Of a DNA stretch of 64,000 nucleotides, positions 18,783-28,931 are shown in pieces. The position numbers and the translations under genes are program-made. The notes beneath the pieces are model-generated. The model was given only the letters and a program-made list of their open reading frames with translations. It was not told the origin of the DNA and did not search any database. Every line of letters begins with the position of its first letter. Positions within the stretch are counted from its first letter, which is position 1. The stretch is from Nitrososphaerota archaeon. Its GTDB lineage: Archaea; Thermoproteota; Nitrososphaeria_A; Caldarchaeales; Calditenuaceae. The stretch is from assembly GCA_033581555.1 (NCBI GenBank), contig JAVQSZ010000001.1, forward strand, positions 144,377 through 208,376, written 5' to 3'.

Positions 18783-19957
18783 GCGCGGTCAGGGTCCTCT
18801 CCCACGACCTGCTCAGCGACGAGGAGAGGTTGGTCCTGAAGGCGGCTAGGTCCGTCGCGGGCTCCTTCGGGAGGAAGTACTGGCTGGAGAAGTGGTCGCT
18901 TGGTGAGGAGCCGAGGGAGCTCTGGAAGAGGATGAAGGATGAGGGACTCGCGGGGACCGGCGTCCCGGAGGACCTCGGGGGCTCCGGAATGGGCCTGATG
19001 GGGGCGGTGCTGGTCCAGGAGGGCTTCGCGCTGGAGGGCCTCCCGATGATCCAGTTCCTCGTGACCCACTTCGTCAGGGACATCATCCTGAAAGCTGGGA
19101 CGAGGGAGCAGAAGGAGAGGTTCGTCACGCCCACCTGCGTCGACGGGAAGAGGTTGAGCTTCGCCCTGACCGAGCCCCAGGCCGGCTCGAACACCTGGAG
19201 GATCTCGACGTTCGCGAGGAGGGAGGAGCGCGGCTACGTTCTCAGGGGCCAGAAGGTCTTCATCAGCGGCGCAGGCGAGTCCGACTTCATGATGGTCGTC
19301 GCGAGGACCAAGAGGTACGAGGAGGTCAGGGACAAGCGCGACGGGATATCGATCTTCGTCGTGGAGACCGACAGCCCGAACCTCAGGCTCCAGAGGCTGA
19401 ACATCGACACGAAGTCACCGGAGTGGCAGTACATGGTCTACTTCGACGACGTCGAGGTCCCACCGGAGAACCTCATCGGCAGGGAGAACGAGGGCTACCG
19501 GGCCCTCTTCCACGGCCTGAACGTCGAGAGGCTGATGATAGCCGCGATAGCCGTCGGGCTCGGGACCTATGCGCTCGCCAGGGCCGCGGAGCACGCGAGG
19601 CAGAGGGTCGTCTTCGACGTCCCCATCGGATCCCATCAGGGCGTCCAGTTCCCGCTCGCGAGGGCCCTGATCAAGCTGGAGGCCGCCAGGTCCCTCATCT
19701 ATTCAGCGGCCCGACTCTACGACAACGACGCCGGGAGCGTCGAGCTCGCCAACGCCGCGAAGTTCATGGCTTCCGAGGCGGCCGTTGAGGCCCTGGACGC
19801 GGCGGTCCAGACCTTCGGAGGGTACGCGTGGGACTTCGAGACCGACGTCCTCAACCTCTACCCGATCGTGAGGCTCTTCAAGACGGCGCCCGTGACCAAC
19901 GAGCTGATCCTGAGCTACATCGCCACCCACGTCCTCAGGCTCCCGAAGTCCTACTGA
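18779..19957 (+). CDS. acyl-CoA dehydrogenase
   Basis: [29 protein letters not shown]. Confidence 0.92.
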   Translation: MSAVRVLSHDLLSDEERLVLKAARSVAGSFGRKYWLEKWSLGEEPRELWKRMKDEGLAGTGVPEDLGGSGMGLMGAVLVQEGFALEGLPMIQFLVTHFVRDIILKAGTREQKERFVTPTCVDGKRLSFALTEPQAGSNTWRISTFARREERGYVLRGQKVFISGAGESDFMMVVARTKRYEEVRDKRDGISIFVVETDSPNLRLQRLNIDTKSPEWQYMVYFDDVEVPPENLIGRENEGYRALFHGLNVERLMIAAIAVGLGTYALARAAEHARQRVVFDVPIGSHQGVQFPLARALIKLEAARSLIYSAARLYDNDAGSVELANAAKFMASEAAVEALDAAVQTFGGYAWDFETDVLNLYPIVRLFKTAPVTNELILSYIATHVLRLPKSY

Positions 19958-20012
19958 ACCCCCGACCCTCCGAGGAATCCGTTTTATAATGCCCCTGGAC
20001 GCTAACCGCGAG

Positions 20013-21134
20013 ATGAGGCGAGTCCTAGTCGTGGGACTCGGCGAGTTCTCACCGAAGGCGCGCGAGACCGGTCTCGAGATCAGGGAGATGACCTTCGAGG
20101 CGGCTGAGAGGGCGTACCTGGACGCGGGCCTAAGGCCGGAGGACGTGCAAGGGATCGTCTCGTCGGGGCTCGACTTCAACGAGGGCGTCAGCATCACCGA
20201 CTCCTTCACGCCCGACCAGGTCGGAGGCAGGCTGAAGTTCAACATGCTGGTCTCAGGGGACGCGCTGGAGGCAGTCTATCACGCGTTCATGATCGTGAGG
20301 TCAGGGATGCTGGACGTCGTCCTGGTCGACGGACACGCGAAGCCCTCCGAGATCGAGAACTACGGGGACGTGCTGCGGTGCTCCCTCGATCCTTACTGCT
20401 CGAGGCCCCTCGGCTTCGACCCCTATGTGATAGCGGGCCTCGAGGCCAGAGCCTTCCTCGCGAGGACCGGGACCGACCCTGTGGCGTTCTCGAAGGTCGC
20501 CGCCAAGAACATCAACAGGGCCGCGCTGACGGGAGGGCCCTACGGCGAGAGGGTCTCACCGGAGGATCTCGAGTCGGACGGCTACCTCTATGCGCCGCTC
20601 AGGAGGAGGCACGTCGCGAGGCCTTCGGACTACGCCGGCGTGGTCCTACTCGCGGCTGAGGACGCGGTCCCCGTGCCCGAGGAGTGCGTCGAGCTGGTCG
20701 CCGTGGAGAGCGCGGGCTCCAGCTCAACCCCGCACTTCTGGCTCAGGGACTGGGGCAGGGCGAGGTGGGTCGGAGCGGCCTTGAAGAGGATCGAGTCGAG
20801 GCACGGAGCAGACCCGAGGGACGTCGACTTCGTCGAGATGACCGAGTTCTTCGCGCACCAGGAGCTCATGATAGCCTCGGAGCTCGGGATCGACCCTGGA
20901 GTCCACCTCGACGGCAGGTCGGGGCCGGTCGTCAACCCGTCGGGAGGTTGCCTGGGGAACGGGAACTCCCTTACGGCCTCTGGGATGAGGGCCTTCATCG
21001 CGTCGGTCAAGCAGCTGAGGGGGGAAGCGGGGGCGGTCCAGGTCAGGGGCGCGGAGAGCGGGCTGGTGGTCTCGACGCACTCGGAGATAGCCGAGATCGG
21101 GACGGTCGCGCTCCTCAGGAGGTCGGGAGGATGA
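20013..21134 (+). CDS. thiolase-fold protein (degenerate, no catalytic Cys)
   Basis: FNEGVSI, KNINRA, VNPSGG, VKQLRGEAG..QV; TTTTATAA at about 19982 favours ATG 20013. Confidence 0.8.
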   Translation: MRRVLVVGLGEFSPKARETGLEIREMTFEAAERAYLDAGLRPEDVQGIVSSGLDFNEGVSITDSFTPDQVGGRLKFNMLVSGDALEAVYHAFMIVRSGMLDVVLVDGHAKPSEIENYGDVLRCSLDPYCSRPLGFDPYVIAGLEARAFLARTGTDPVAFSKVAAKNINRAALTGGPYGERVSPEDLESDGYLYAPLRRRHVARPSDYAGVVLLAAEDAVPVPEECVELVAVESAGSSSTPHFWLRDWGRARWVGAALKRIESRHGADPRDVDFVEMTEFFAHQELMIASELGIDPGVHLDGRSGPVVNPSGGCLGNGNSLTASGMRAFIASVKQLRGEAGAVQVRGAESGLVVSTHSEIAEIGTVALLRRSGG

Positions 21135-22285
21135 GGCGGGTAGCGATAGTGGGGGCGGGGATGACCGACTTCAGGTCGATGCTCCCGCTGACCTCGCCGG
21201 AGATGATCAGGCTCGCGGTCAAGAGGTGCCTCGACGACGTCGGCGGCCTCTCGATCAGGTACGTCGACGGAGTCCTCGCGACCTCTGCTCCCGACGCCTT
21301 CGACGGGTACCACGATAAGGGCGCGATCGCGGTCGAGGCCGCGGGCGCCATCGGGAAACCCATCACGAGGGTCTTCGTCGGCGGGGGGAGCGGCGTGGCC
21401 GCGGGGGTCGCGGGCTGGTACCACGTGGCCTCCGGAGCCTTCGACACCCTGCTGGTGGTCGCGTGGGAGAAGATGAGCCACCCGTACCCGCACGCGCAGA
21501 AGCTCTTCCAGACGATCTTCGACCCCGTCCTCGAGAAGCCCCTCGGCCCCAACCTCATCTGGATCTTCGCGCTGGAGATGATGCGGTACATGGAGGCCCA
21601 CGGTCTGAAGAAGGAGCTGATCGCGGAGGTCGCGGTGAAGAACAAGAGGAACGCGCTCGACCACCCCCATGCCCAGCTAGGTGCCAGGATCACCGTCGAC
21701 GACGTCCTGAACTCGGAGGTGCTAGTCTGGCCGGTGAACAGGTTGGACATCAGCCCGACTTCGGACGGCGCGGTCGCTCTCCTGCTAGCCTCCGAGGAGG
21801 TAGCGAAGAAGCTCACCGACAACCCAGTGTGGATCGAGGGCGTCGCAACCTGTCTCGACTCGCAGTTCTGGACGATGAGGGACCTCGCTTACCCGTACTA
21901 CGTCTACTTGGCCGCCCAGATGGCATACAGGATGGCGAAGATCACGTCGCCGCTCAAGGAGGTCGACGTCTGGGAGCCCTACGACCCGTTCACATACAAG
22001 GAGCTTCACCACATGGACGGGCTGCTCGGGAGGCCGGGCCTCGCGCCGAAGCTACTCGCCGAGGGGCAGATGGAGAAGGACGGTGACTGCCCTACGACTC
22101 CCTCGGGAGGTCTCCTCGGCGTGGGGAACCCGATAGCGGCTGCGGGCCTGATGAAGGTCGCCGAGCTCTACTTCCAGCTCTCGGGGAGGGCTGGGAAGAG
22201 GCAGGTGCCCGACGCGGAGGTGGGAGTGGCCCAGGCGTGGGGAGACCTGATGCAAGTCGGGACTGTGGTGGTGTGCAGGAGATGA
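21131..22285 (+). CDS. SCP2/Ltp2-type thiolase-fold protein
   Basis: RVAIVGAGMT, AVKNKRNA, SPTSDGA, EPYDPF, PSGGLLGVGNPI; ATGA overlap at 21131. Confidence 0.88.
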   Translation: MRRVAIVGAGMTDFRSMLPLTSPEMIRLAVKRCLDDVGGLSIRYVDGVLATSAPDAFDGYHDKGAIAVEAAGAIGKPITRVFVGGGSGVAAGVAGWYHVASGAFDTLLVVAWEKMSHPYPHAQKLFQTIFDPVLEKPLGPNLIWIFALEMMRYMEAHGLKKELIAEVAVKNKRNALDHPHAQLGARITVDDVLNSEVLVWPVNRLDISPTSDGAVALLLASEEVAKKLTDNPVWIEGVATCLDSQFWTMRDLAYPYYVYLAAQMAYRMAKITSPLKEVDVWEPYDPFTYKELHHMDGLLGRPGLAPKLLAEGQMEKDGDCPTTPSGGLLGVGNPIAAAGLMKVAELYFQLSGRAGKRQVPDAEVGVAQAWGDLMQVGTVVVCRR

Positions 22286-22929
22286 GCGCGAGGGTCGTGA
22301 GGTACGGACCGGAGCAGCTCGAGGGTCTCCCGGCATCGTTCGCGGGGTTCCTGAGAAGGGCGACCGAGGAGGTCGGATCGGGCAGGGAGCAGTCGTGGTC
22401 TAAGGCCGTCTCCGAGTTCAACGAGAGGGTCCCGGAGATGGCGCTCCCGGGCTTGGTCGTGCAGCCCTGGCTCTTCGACTTCAGGTACAGGAGGGCGACC
22501 GGAGAGGCGGTCGGGAGGTTCCTCGAGGGCCTTAAGGAGGGCAGGATAATCGGGACCAGGTGCGAGGGGTGCGGGAGGGTCTTCATTCCTCCGAGGTCCT
22601 TCTGCGAGCTCTGCTTCAGGCGCGTCAGGACCTATGTCGAGCACAGCGGCGAGGGCGAGGTCGCTACCTACTCGGTCGCTTACATCGGCACCAACCCGAG
22701 GGAGAGGCTCGCGAGGCCCGAGGTCGTCGCGGTGATCTGGTTCGAGGGAACGAAGGTCGTCAGGCCCAACTCGCACCACGTCTTCCACGCGGCAGGACTG
22801 ATGCACAAGCTCGGCGAGGTCGAGCCCAGCGAGGTCAGGATCGGGATGAAGGTCAAGCCGGTCTGGAGGCCGAAAGAGCAGAGGAGGGGCGAGATCACCG
22901 ACATATTGTACTTCGCTCCGGTGAGGTGA
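22282..22929 (+). CDS. DUF35 Zn-ribbon/OB-fold protein
   Basis: GTRCEGCGRVFIPPRSFCELC, VRIGMKVKPVW. Confidence 0.9.
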   Translation: MSARVVRYGPEQLEGLPASFAGFLRRATEEVGSGREQSWSKAVSEFNERVPEMALPGLVVQPWLFDFRYRRATGEAVGRFLEGLKEGRIIGTRCEGCGRVFIPPRSFCELCFRRVRTYVEHSGEGEVATYSVAYIGTNPRERLARPEVVAVIWFEGTKVVRPNSHHVFHAAGLMHKLGEVEPSEVRIGMKVKPVWRPKEQRRGEITDILYFAPVR

Positions 22930-22930
22930 G

Positions 22931-23323
22931 ATGGAGTACCATCACACGGTTGAGAACGCCTACGAGTACCCGGCTGGCAGGGGGATGACCGCCTACCTCG
23001 AGGGGCTGAAGGAGGGGAAGCTGGTTGGGATGGAGTGTGAGGGCTGTGGAGAGCGAATGATACCGCCGCTCGGGTTCTGCACCAAGTGCATGTCGCACGA
23101 CGTCAAGTTCGTTGAGGCGCCACAGGTCGGAACGGTCTTGACTTGGACGACGGACCCGGAGGGCCTGAAGTGGGTCTTCGTCTGCTTCGAGGGCTTCGAG
23201 GGAGGGATCCTCCACAGGTTCGTCGGGGACGGCGAGCCGCGGGTCGGGATGAGGGTGAGGCCGAAGTTCAGGGGCAGAAGGGTAGGAAGCGTCCTGGACC
23301 TGCTGGGCTTCGAGCCCGTCTGA
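22931..23323 (+). CDS. DUF35 Zn-ribbon/OB-fold protein
   Basis: CEGCG..PP..FCTKC, VGMRVRPKF. Confidence 0.9.
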   Translation: MEYHHTVENAYEYPAGRGMTAYLEGLKEGKLVGMECEGCGERMIPPLGFCTKCMSHDVKFVEAPQVGTVLTWTTDPEGLKWVFVCFEGFEGGILHRFVGDGEPRVGMRVRPKFRGRRVGSVLDLLGFEPV

Positions 23324-23335
23324 GCGCCACCGGAC

Positions 23336-25324
23336 CTACTGCTTCTTTCCCCTCATCTGCTCCGCGAACCTCTCGTAGAACTCGAGGCACTCGGCGTTCA
23401 CTATCGCCTCCCTGTTCGTGACCGGCCTGCCCCTCAGTATGTTCGCGACTGCTATCTCCACCTTCTTCAGGTTGAAGGTGTAGGGGATGTCGGGAGCCTG
23501 GACTATAAGGTCGGGGACGTGCCTCGGCGATGCCTCCTCCCTCAGCCTCCTCCTGATCCTCTCCTTCAGCTCCTCAGTGAGCTCCTGGCCCTCCCTCAGC
23601 TTCACGAAGAGGACCACCCTGACGTCGTCGCCCTCGCCGTAGCCGACCGCCAGGCTGTCCGCGACCTCCGGGACCGTCTCGACGATCCTGTAGATCTCCG
23701 CGGTCCCTATCCTCACGCCCTTCACCTTGAGGGTCGCGTCGGACCTCCCGTGGATCACCGTGCTCCTCGTGTCTGAGAAGATCGTCACCCAGTCTCCGTG
23801 CCTCCAGACGTTCCTCCCGACGTGCCTGAAGTGCTCGAAGTAGCTCTCGAGGTACCTCCTGTTATCAGGGTCGTTCCAGAAGTAGACGGGCATCGACGGC
23901 GAGGGTGCCTCACAGACCAGCTCGCCCTCGACGTCGTAGACCGGGTTGCCGCGCTCGTCGTAGGCCTTGACCTTCATCCCCAGAGCTGGGGCCTGGAGCT
24001 CGCCGGCGTAGACGGGAAGGGTCGGGCTGCCCGCGAAGAAGCACCCGTTGATGTCGGTCCCGCCGGAGATCGAGTTGAACCAAAGGTCGCGCTTGACGTG
24101 CTCGTAGGCCCAGACGAAGCCCTCCGCGGACAGAGGCGAGCCCGTCTGGGAGATCTCCCTGAGTCCGCCCAGGTCGAAGGCCTCGCCGGGCTCGGCGTTG
24201 GCAGCCCTGAGGGCGTTGACGTAGCTCGCGCTGCATCCGAGGACGTTGATCCCCTCCTCCTCGACGACCCTCCACATCGTCCTCCAGTCGGGGTGGAGCG
24301 GGTTACCGTCGAAGACTACCAGCTTCGACCCTACCGCGAGCGAGCTCGTGACCCAGTTCCACATCATCCAGCTCGGCGAGGTGATGTAGGTGATTGCGTG
24401 CTCAGGCCTGAGGTCGTGGTGGAGGACGAGCTCCTTCAGGTGGTTGACCAGGACGCCGGCGACGCTCTGGACCATGCACTTCGGCCTCCCAGTGGTCCCG
24501 GAGGAGAACATCACGTAGACCGGGTGGTTCGCCTCCACCTGCTCGAACCTCAAGGCCTCGGCCTCCCCCTTCCCGGAGAGGACCTCCGTCGTGGCGATGG
24601 CGTTCGGTATGCTGGAGACGTCGACCCTCTCCTTCCTCCTGCTGATCACCAGGACCCTCCTGAGCGAAGGCACGGCCCTCGCGATCCTCGTGACGGTCTC
24701 CCTCAGGTCCGTCGTCCTCCCCTTGTACGTCGAGCTGTCCACCGTGACCAAGACCTTCGGCTCGAGCTGGCCGAGCCTGTCGACGACCGCGGTGTAGCCC
24801 ATCTCTGTCCCCGTGGAGGCCCAGATGGCGCCTAGGCTCGTGGCGGCGAGCATGCAGATCACGGTCTCGGCGACGTTCGGCATGTAGGCGACGACCCTGT
24901 CACCGACGCCGACCCCCTCCTCCTTCAAGAACTCCCTGTACCTCGCGACCTCGAGGTGTAGGTCCCTGTAGGTGTAGACATCCCTCTCCAGGGACTCGTC
25001 CCGCTGGACGATCGCGACCCGACCGTCGTCATGCCTGAGGAGGTTCTCGGCGAAGTTGAGCCTCGCCCCGACGAACCACCTCGCGCCGGGGAACTTGCTG
25101 AGGTCGTCGACGACCGCGTCGTAGGGCCTTGAGGACTTGATCCCCAGGAAGTCCCAGGCGTCTGACCAGAACTGCGGAACGTTCTCTATCGACCAGTCGT
25201 AGAGCTCGAAGTAGCCCGTGAGCTCCAGGGACCTCCTCCTGTTCACGAAATCGATGAACGCGGAGACGTTCGAACGGCTGACGTCCTCCTCGGAGGGCGA
25301 CCAGAGGAGCCTGTGGGACGGCAT
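23336..25324 (-). CDS. acetoacetate--CoA ligase
   Basis: WFVGARLNFAENLL, FSSGTTGRPK, WMMWNW, SISGGTD, GRSDATL, KKVEIAV. Confidence 0.9.
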   Translation of the reverse strand: MPSHRLLWSPSEEDVSRSNVSAFIDFVNRRRSLELTGYFELYDWSIENVPQFWSDAWDFLGIKSSRPYDAVVDDLSKFPGARWFVGARLNFAENLLRHDDGRVAIVQRDESLERDVYTYRDLHLEVARYREFLKEEGVGVGDRVVAYMPNVAETVICMLAATSLGAIWASTGTEMGYTAVVDRLGQLEPKVLVTVDSSTYKGRTTDLRETVTRIARAVPSLRRVLVISRRKERVDVSSIPNAIATTEVLSGKGEAEALRFEQVEANHPVYVMFSSGTTGRPKCMVQSVAGVLVNHLKELVLHHDLRPEHAITYITSPSWMMWNWVTSSLAVGSKLVVFDGNPLHPDWRTMWRVVEEEGINVLGCSASYVNALRAANAEPGEAFDLGGLREISQTGSPLSAEGFVWAYEHVKRDLWFNSISGGTDINGCFFAGSPTLPVYAGELQAPALGMKVKAYDERGNPVYDVEGELVCEAPSPSMPVYFWNDPDNRRYLESYFEHFRHVGRNVWRHGDWVTIFSDTRSTVIHGRSDATLKVKGVRIGTAEIYRIVETVPEVADSLAVGYGEGDDVRVVLFVKLREGQELTEELKERIRRRLREEASPRHVPDLIVQAPDIPYTFNLKKVEIAVANILRGRPVTNREAIVNAECLEFYERFAEQMRGKKQ

Positions 25325-25373
25325 TCACGATCAGTCCCCGAGGCCCGCATATAAGCGGTTCCGGGCGACGGCG

Positions 25374-26747
25374 CTACCTCCTCCTCGACCTTCTCCTCTC
25401 CCTCCTCCTGCCCCTCACCGCGACGAGCGCGAGGGCGGCCAGCAGGACCGCGAAGAAGGCCAGCTCGACCGAGAAGGCCAGGAGGTCTGAGAGGGGGAGC
25501 GGGGCTCCGGCCTGAGGGGAGGTCTGGCCGGTTCCAGCAGCTTGGGTTGGAGTCGTGACCACCACGGCCGACTCCCCTTTCACCTCGATCCTCTGGGGCT
25601 GGCTCTCAGCCTCGTTGCCCTCACCGTCGACCGCAACCACCACTACCTCGAGCTCTCCGGTGTAGCCCCTCAAGTCGACCGTCGCGGCGAAGCGTTCTCC
25701 GCCGATCGGCCGCATCGCTGCCACAATCGGTCCACCAAGTGTGTTCAGGCGGACCGAGACGCCACCCTCGAGGAGGTCGCCGTCCAAGTCCCTCACGGTC
25801 GCCTCCACGTGCACCGACGGCCCGCTCTTCGCCTCCAGCTTGACGCCGCTGACCTCCGGCTTGAAGGTCATGTCGTAGTAATCGGCCTTCATCTGGGAGA
25901 CGTCGAAGACGTAGACCCTCGAGGGCGACGGCGAGGCGACGAGGTCGGGCTTCACGCCGGTCAGCGAGTGCCACTTGACGCCTCCCCCCACCATCCCGAT
26001 CCTCCCCTCGGCCTGGTCGACGAAGACCACCCTGCTGGCCTTCGCGGGCAGGACCAAGACCCTCGAGGAGACGCGGTACGGGAGCTCGAGGGCCCGCGAG
26101 GACCCATCGATACGGTAGACCCCGATCCAAGCCTCCGATGCGACGGCCACGGCCTCCTCCGAGAGTGCAGCGATCGAGGATATCATGCCCTGGTGGGTCG
26201 CGACCCTCCTCACCTCCCACCGCTCCAGGTCGAGGGCGTGTATGCTCCTAAGGTCCTCGCCGACGAACCAGACCGTCCGGCCCGAAGAGCTCACGTGCCA
26301 CGGGATCGACGAGGCCCCGACCCTCAGGTACCTGAGCTCCTCGCCGTCGAGGTCCAACAGGCTCAGCCCCGCGCCCTTGTGGACCAGGAAGCCCCCCGGG
26401 ACCGGCCACACGCCCTCGATCCTCGTCCTGAACTCCCTCAACGGTGTCAGACGTTCGACGTCGACGACCACGTAGACGCCTCCGAGCCTCGAGTATGCCA
26501 GCGCCCTCGACCCAGAGACCGCGAGCCCGTCCGGCGCGAACCCGAGCTCCACCTTCCAGAGGCTCCCCGAGCCGATGTCGAAGACGGCGACCGACCTCTC
26601 TGCCGGAAGGGTCAGCAGCGCCCTTCCGTCCCGAATGACGGCGATCGAGGAGGGCGTCGACTTAACAGGCGGGTAGGCGACCTCGCTGGGGTAGAAGGAG
26701 ACCAGGGCCACGACGAGGAGGGCGGCCAGCGCGGCTGTCGGGTGCAT
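25374..26747 (-). CDS. secreted beta-propeller plus Ig-like protein with C-terminal TM anchor
   Basis: Signal peptide, repeated blade-like segments, Thr/Pro linker, TM and poly-Arg tail. Confidence 0.7.
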   Translation of the reverse strand: MHPTAALAALLVVALVSFYPSEVAYPPVKSTPSSIAVIRDGRALLTLPAERSVAVFDIGSGSLWKVELGFAPDGLAVSGSRALAYSRLGGVYVVVDVERLTPLREFRTRIEGVWPVPGGFLVHKGAGLSLLDLDGEELRYLRVGASSIPWHVSSSGRTVWFVGEDLRSIHALDLERWEVRRVATHQGMISSIAALSEEAVAVASEAWIGVYRIDGSSRALELPYRVSSRVLVLPAKASRVVFVDQAEGRIGMVGGGVKWHSLTGVKPDLVASPSPSRVYVFDVSQMKADYYDMTFKPEVSGVKLEAKSGPSVHVEATVRDLDGDLLEGGVSVRLNTLGGPIVAAMRPIGGERFAATVDLRGYTGELEVVVVAVDGEGNEAESQPQRIEVKGESAVVVTTPTQAAGTGQTSPQAGAPLPLSDLLAFSVELAFFAVLLAALALVAVRGRRRERRRSRRR

Positions 26748-26837
26748 CCCCGGGGTCTCGCGGTCGGCGGTTAAAATCCCTAAAACCTCCTAAGCCCTGA
26801 GGCGAGCGGTTTTTAGCGGACAGGCCGATCGAGGGCC

Positions 26838-27077
26838 GTGAGCGGAAAGCCGGAGATCCACGACGTCTCCCTCAGGGTCAGGGGAGGTAACGAGGCCCTC
26901 ATCAAGACCTTCGTGCTGGTGAAGCAGGGGAGGCTGGAGGTCTTGGAGGCCCGGATCTCGAGGGACGGCGAGCTCCACGAGGTCGCGATGAGGCTATCGG
27001 GGCCCGAAGCTAAGGTCAGGTGGTTCGTCGAGAAGGCCAGGGGCCTGCCCTACTACCTCGAGGTGAGGAAGCTCTGA
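26838..27077 (+). CDS. stand-alone ACT-like domain protein
   Basis: 79 aa with a beta-alpha-beta-beta-alpha-beta pattern, IlvM-like. Confidence 0.6.
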   Translation: MSGKPEIHDVSLRVRGGNEALIKTFVLVKQGRLEVLEARISRDGELHEVAMRLSGPEAKVRWFVEKARGLPYYLEVRKL

Positions 27078-27149
27078 GCGCGGGCCCCTGAACTCTGCCC
27101 CCGGCCGCGAAGTTCGCTTTATCTCGGACGCCGGAGCACGTGGACCGGG

Positions 27150-28931
27150 ATGGAGTTCAGGAGGCTCGCGGAGTACTACGAGAGGCTCGAGGCGACGACA
27201 AAGAGGCTCGAGATGAGGGACATACTCGTCGAGCTGCTGAGGGAGGCGACGCCGGAGGAGGCACAGAGGATCGCGATGCTCTCGCTCGGCCGGCTCTATC
27301 CACCCTACGTCGGCATCGAGCTGGGCATGGCGGAGAAGCTCGCGATAAGGGCCATCAGGTCGGTGACCGGCGCCTCCGAGGCCGAGGTCGAGAGGCTGCT
27401 CGCGAAGAGAGGAGACTTGGGACTGGTGGCCGAGGAGCTCATCTCGAGGAGGAAGGCCCAGACGATCCTCCTCCAGGAACCCCTCACGGTCGAGCAGGTC
27501 TACGCCACCTTCGAGAGGATAGCCCGTGAGACCGGGGAGGGCGCGGTGGAGAACAAGGTCAAGCTGCTGACTGGCCTGCTCGCGAAGGCGGACCCCAAGG
27601 AGGCGAAGTACATCGTGAGGCTCGTGACGGGGACCATGAGGCTCGGGGTCGCGGACATGACGTTCATCGACGCTGCCTCCGCGTTGCTCGGGGACGTGGC
27701 GGCCTACAGGGACGAGATCGAGCGGGCCTACAACATATCCTCGGACATAGGTCAAGTCGTGAGGCTCGTGAAGGTGGGCGGGATCGAGGCGGTCAGGTCC
27801 GTGAGGCTGAGGGTCGGAGTGCCAGTGAGGCCGATGCTCGCGGAGAGGCTGACCTCCGCGGCCGAGATCCTCGAGAAGCTCGGGGGTAGGGGGCTCGCGG
27901 AGTACAAGTACGACGGCGAGCGGCTCCAGATCCACAAGGACGGGGACCGCGTGATGATCTTCTCCAGGAGGCAGGAGAACATCACGCACCAGTTCCCCGA
28001 CGTCGTGAGGATGTGCTCCGAGAGGCTCCGCGTCAAGCAGGCGATCGTGGAGTGCGAGGCGGTCGCGATGGACCCGGACACGGGCTCGATGCTCCCGTTC
28101 CAGGAGCTGATGCACAGGAGGAGGAAGTACGACGTGGAGAAGGCCGCGGAGCTCTACCCGGTCGGGCTGTTCTTCTTCGACGCGATCTACGTCGACGGCC
28201 AGGACCTGATGGACAGGCCGCTCCCGGAGCGGAGGTCTGTGCTGGAGGAGATAGTCGAACCGTCGGAGGCCTTCGGGCTCACGGTCGCGAAGCTCGTGGA
28301 CGACCAGGGAGACCTGGACTCCTTCCTGCAGAGGGCCGTCGAGGACGGATGCGAGGGCGTGATCGTGAAGGACGTCTCGCCGAGGTCCGTGTACAGGGCC
28401 GGCGCGAGGGGCTGGCTCTGGATCAAGTACAAGCGGTCCTACGTCTCGAAGCTCACCGACACCCTCGACCTGGTCGTGATAGGGGCCTTCCACGGGAAGG
28501 GGAAGAGGAGCGGGTGGTACGGGACGCTGCTGATGGCCGCCTACGACCCGAAGACCGACACCTTCAAGAGCGTCTGCAAGGTGGGAACAGGGTTCAAGGA
28601 GGAGGACCTCGAGAGGCTGAAGTCGATGATCGACGAGCGCGTCGTTCCTGAGAAGCCCGCGAGGGTAGACTCGCTCATGCAGCCCGACGTCTGGGTGAGG
28701 CCTGAGATCGTGCTGGAGCTGGTGGGGGACGAGATCACGGTGAGCCCGATACACACCTGCGGCTGGGGGTCCGTCCAGCCCAACGCGGGCCTCGCTATCA
28801 GGTTCCCGAGGTTCACGGGCAGGTACAGGTTCGACAAGGGTCCAGAGGACGCCACGACCGTCGAGGAGATCGTCGAGATGTACAGGTCCCAGCTCAAGAC
28901 CGTCGTGCCTGAGGAGGGCGAGGTGGTCTGA
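27150..28931 (+). CDS. lig: ATP-dependent DNA ligase (canonical archaeal)
   Basis: EYKYDGER, FFFDAI, EGVIVK, WIKYK, LDLVVIG, IRFPRF. Confidence 0.96.
   Translation: MEFRRLAEYYERLEATTKRLEMRDILVELLREATPEEAQRIAMLSLGRLYPPYVGIELGMAEKLAIRAIRSVTGASEAEVERLLAKRGDLGLVAEELISRRKAQTILLQEPLTVEQVYATFERIARETGEGAVENKVKLLTGLLAKADPKEAKYIVRLVTGTMRLGVADMTFIDAASALLGDVAAYRDEIERAYNISSDIGQVVRLVKVGGIEAVRSVRLRVGVPVRPMLAERLTSAAEILEKLGGRGLAEYKYDGERLQIHKDGDRVMIFSRRQENITHQFPDVVRMCSERLRVKQAIVECEAVAMDPDTGSMLPFQELMHRRRKYDVEKAAELYPVGLFFFDAIYVDGQDLMDRPLPERRSVLEEIVEPSEAFGLTVAKLVDDQGDLDSFLQRAVEDGCEGVIVKDVSPRSVYRAGARGWLWIKYKRSYVSKLTDTLDLVVIGAFHGKGKRSGWYGTLLMAAYDPKTDTFKSVCKVGTGFKEEDLERLKSMIDERVVPEKPARVDSLMQPDVWVRPEIVLELVGDEITVSPIHTCGWGSVQPNAGLAIRFPRFTGRYRFDKGPEDATTVEEIVEMYRSQLKTVVPEEGEVV

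Noticed and set aside
20684-21130. Apparent N-terminal extensions of thiolase 2, the kinase (33763), ligase 2 (35717) and arcadin-1 (62543)
   Set aside because: They overlap real genes in other frames; better starts with 4-nt overlaps or SD sites exist
26994-28754. Long antisense and alternate-frame ORFs (586 aa here; also 55915-57237, 10811-12034, 25542-26774 and others)
   Set aside because: Stop-poor shadows of real genes caused by high GC3; no recognisable motifs
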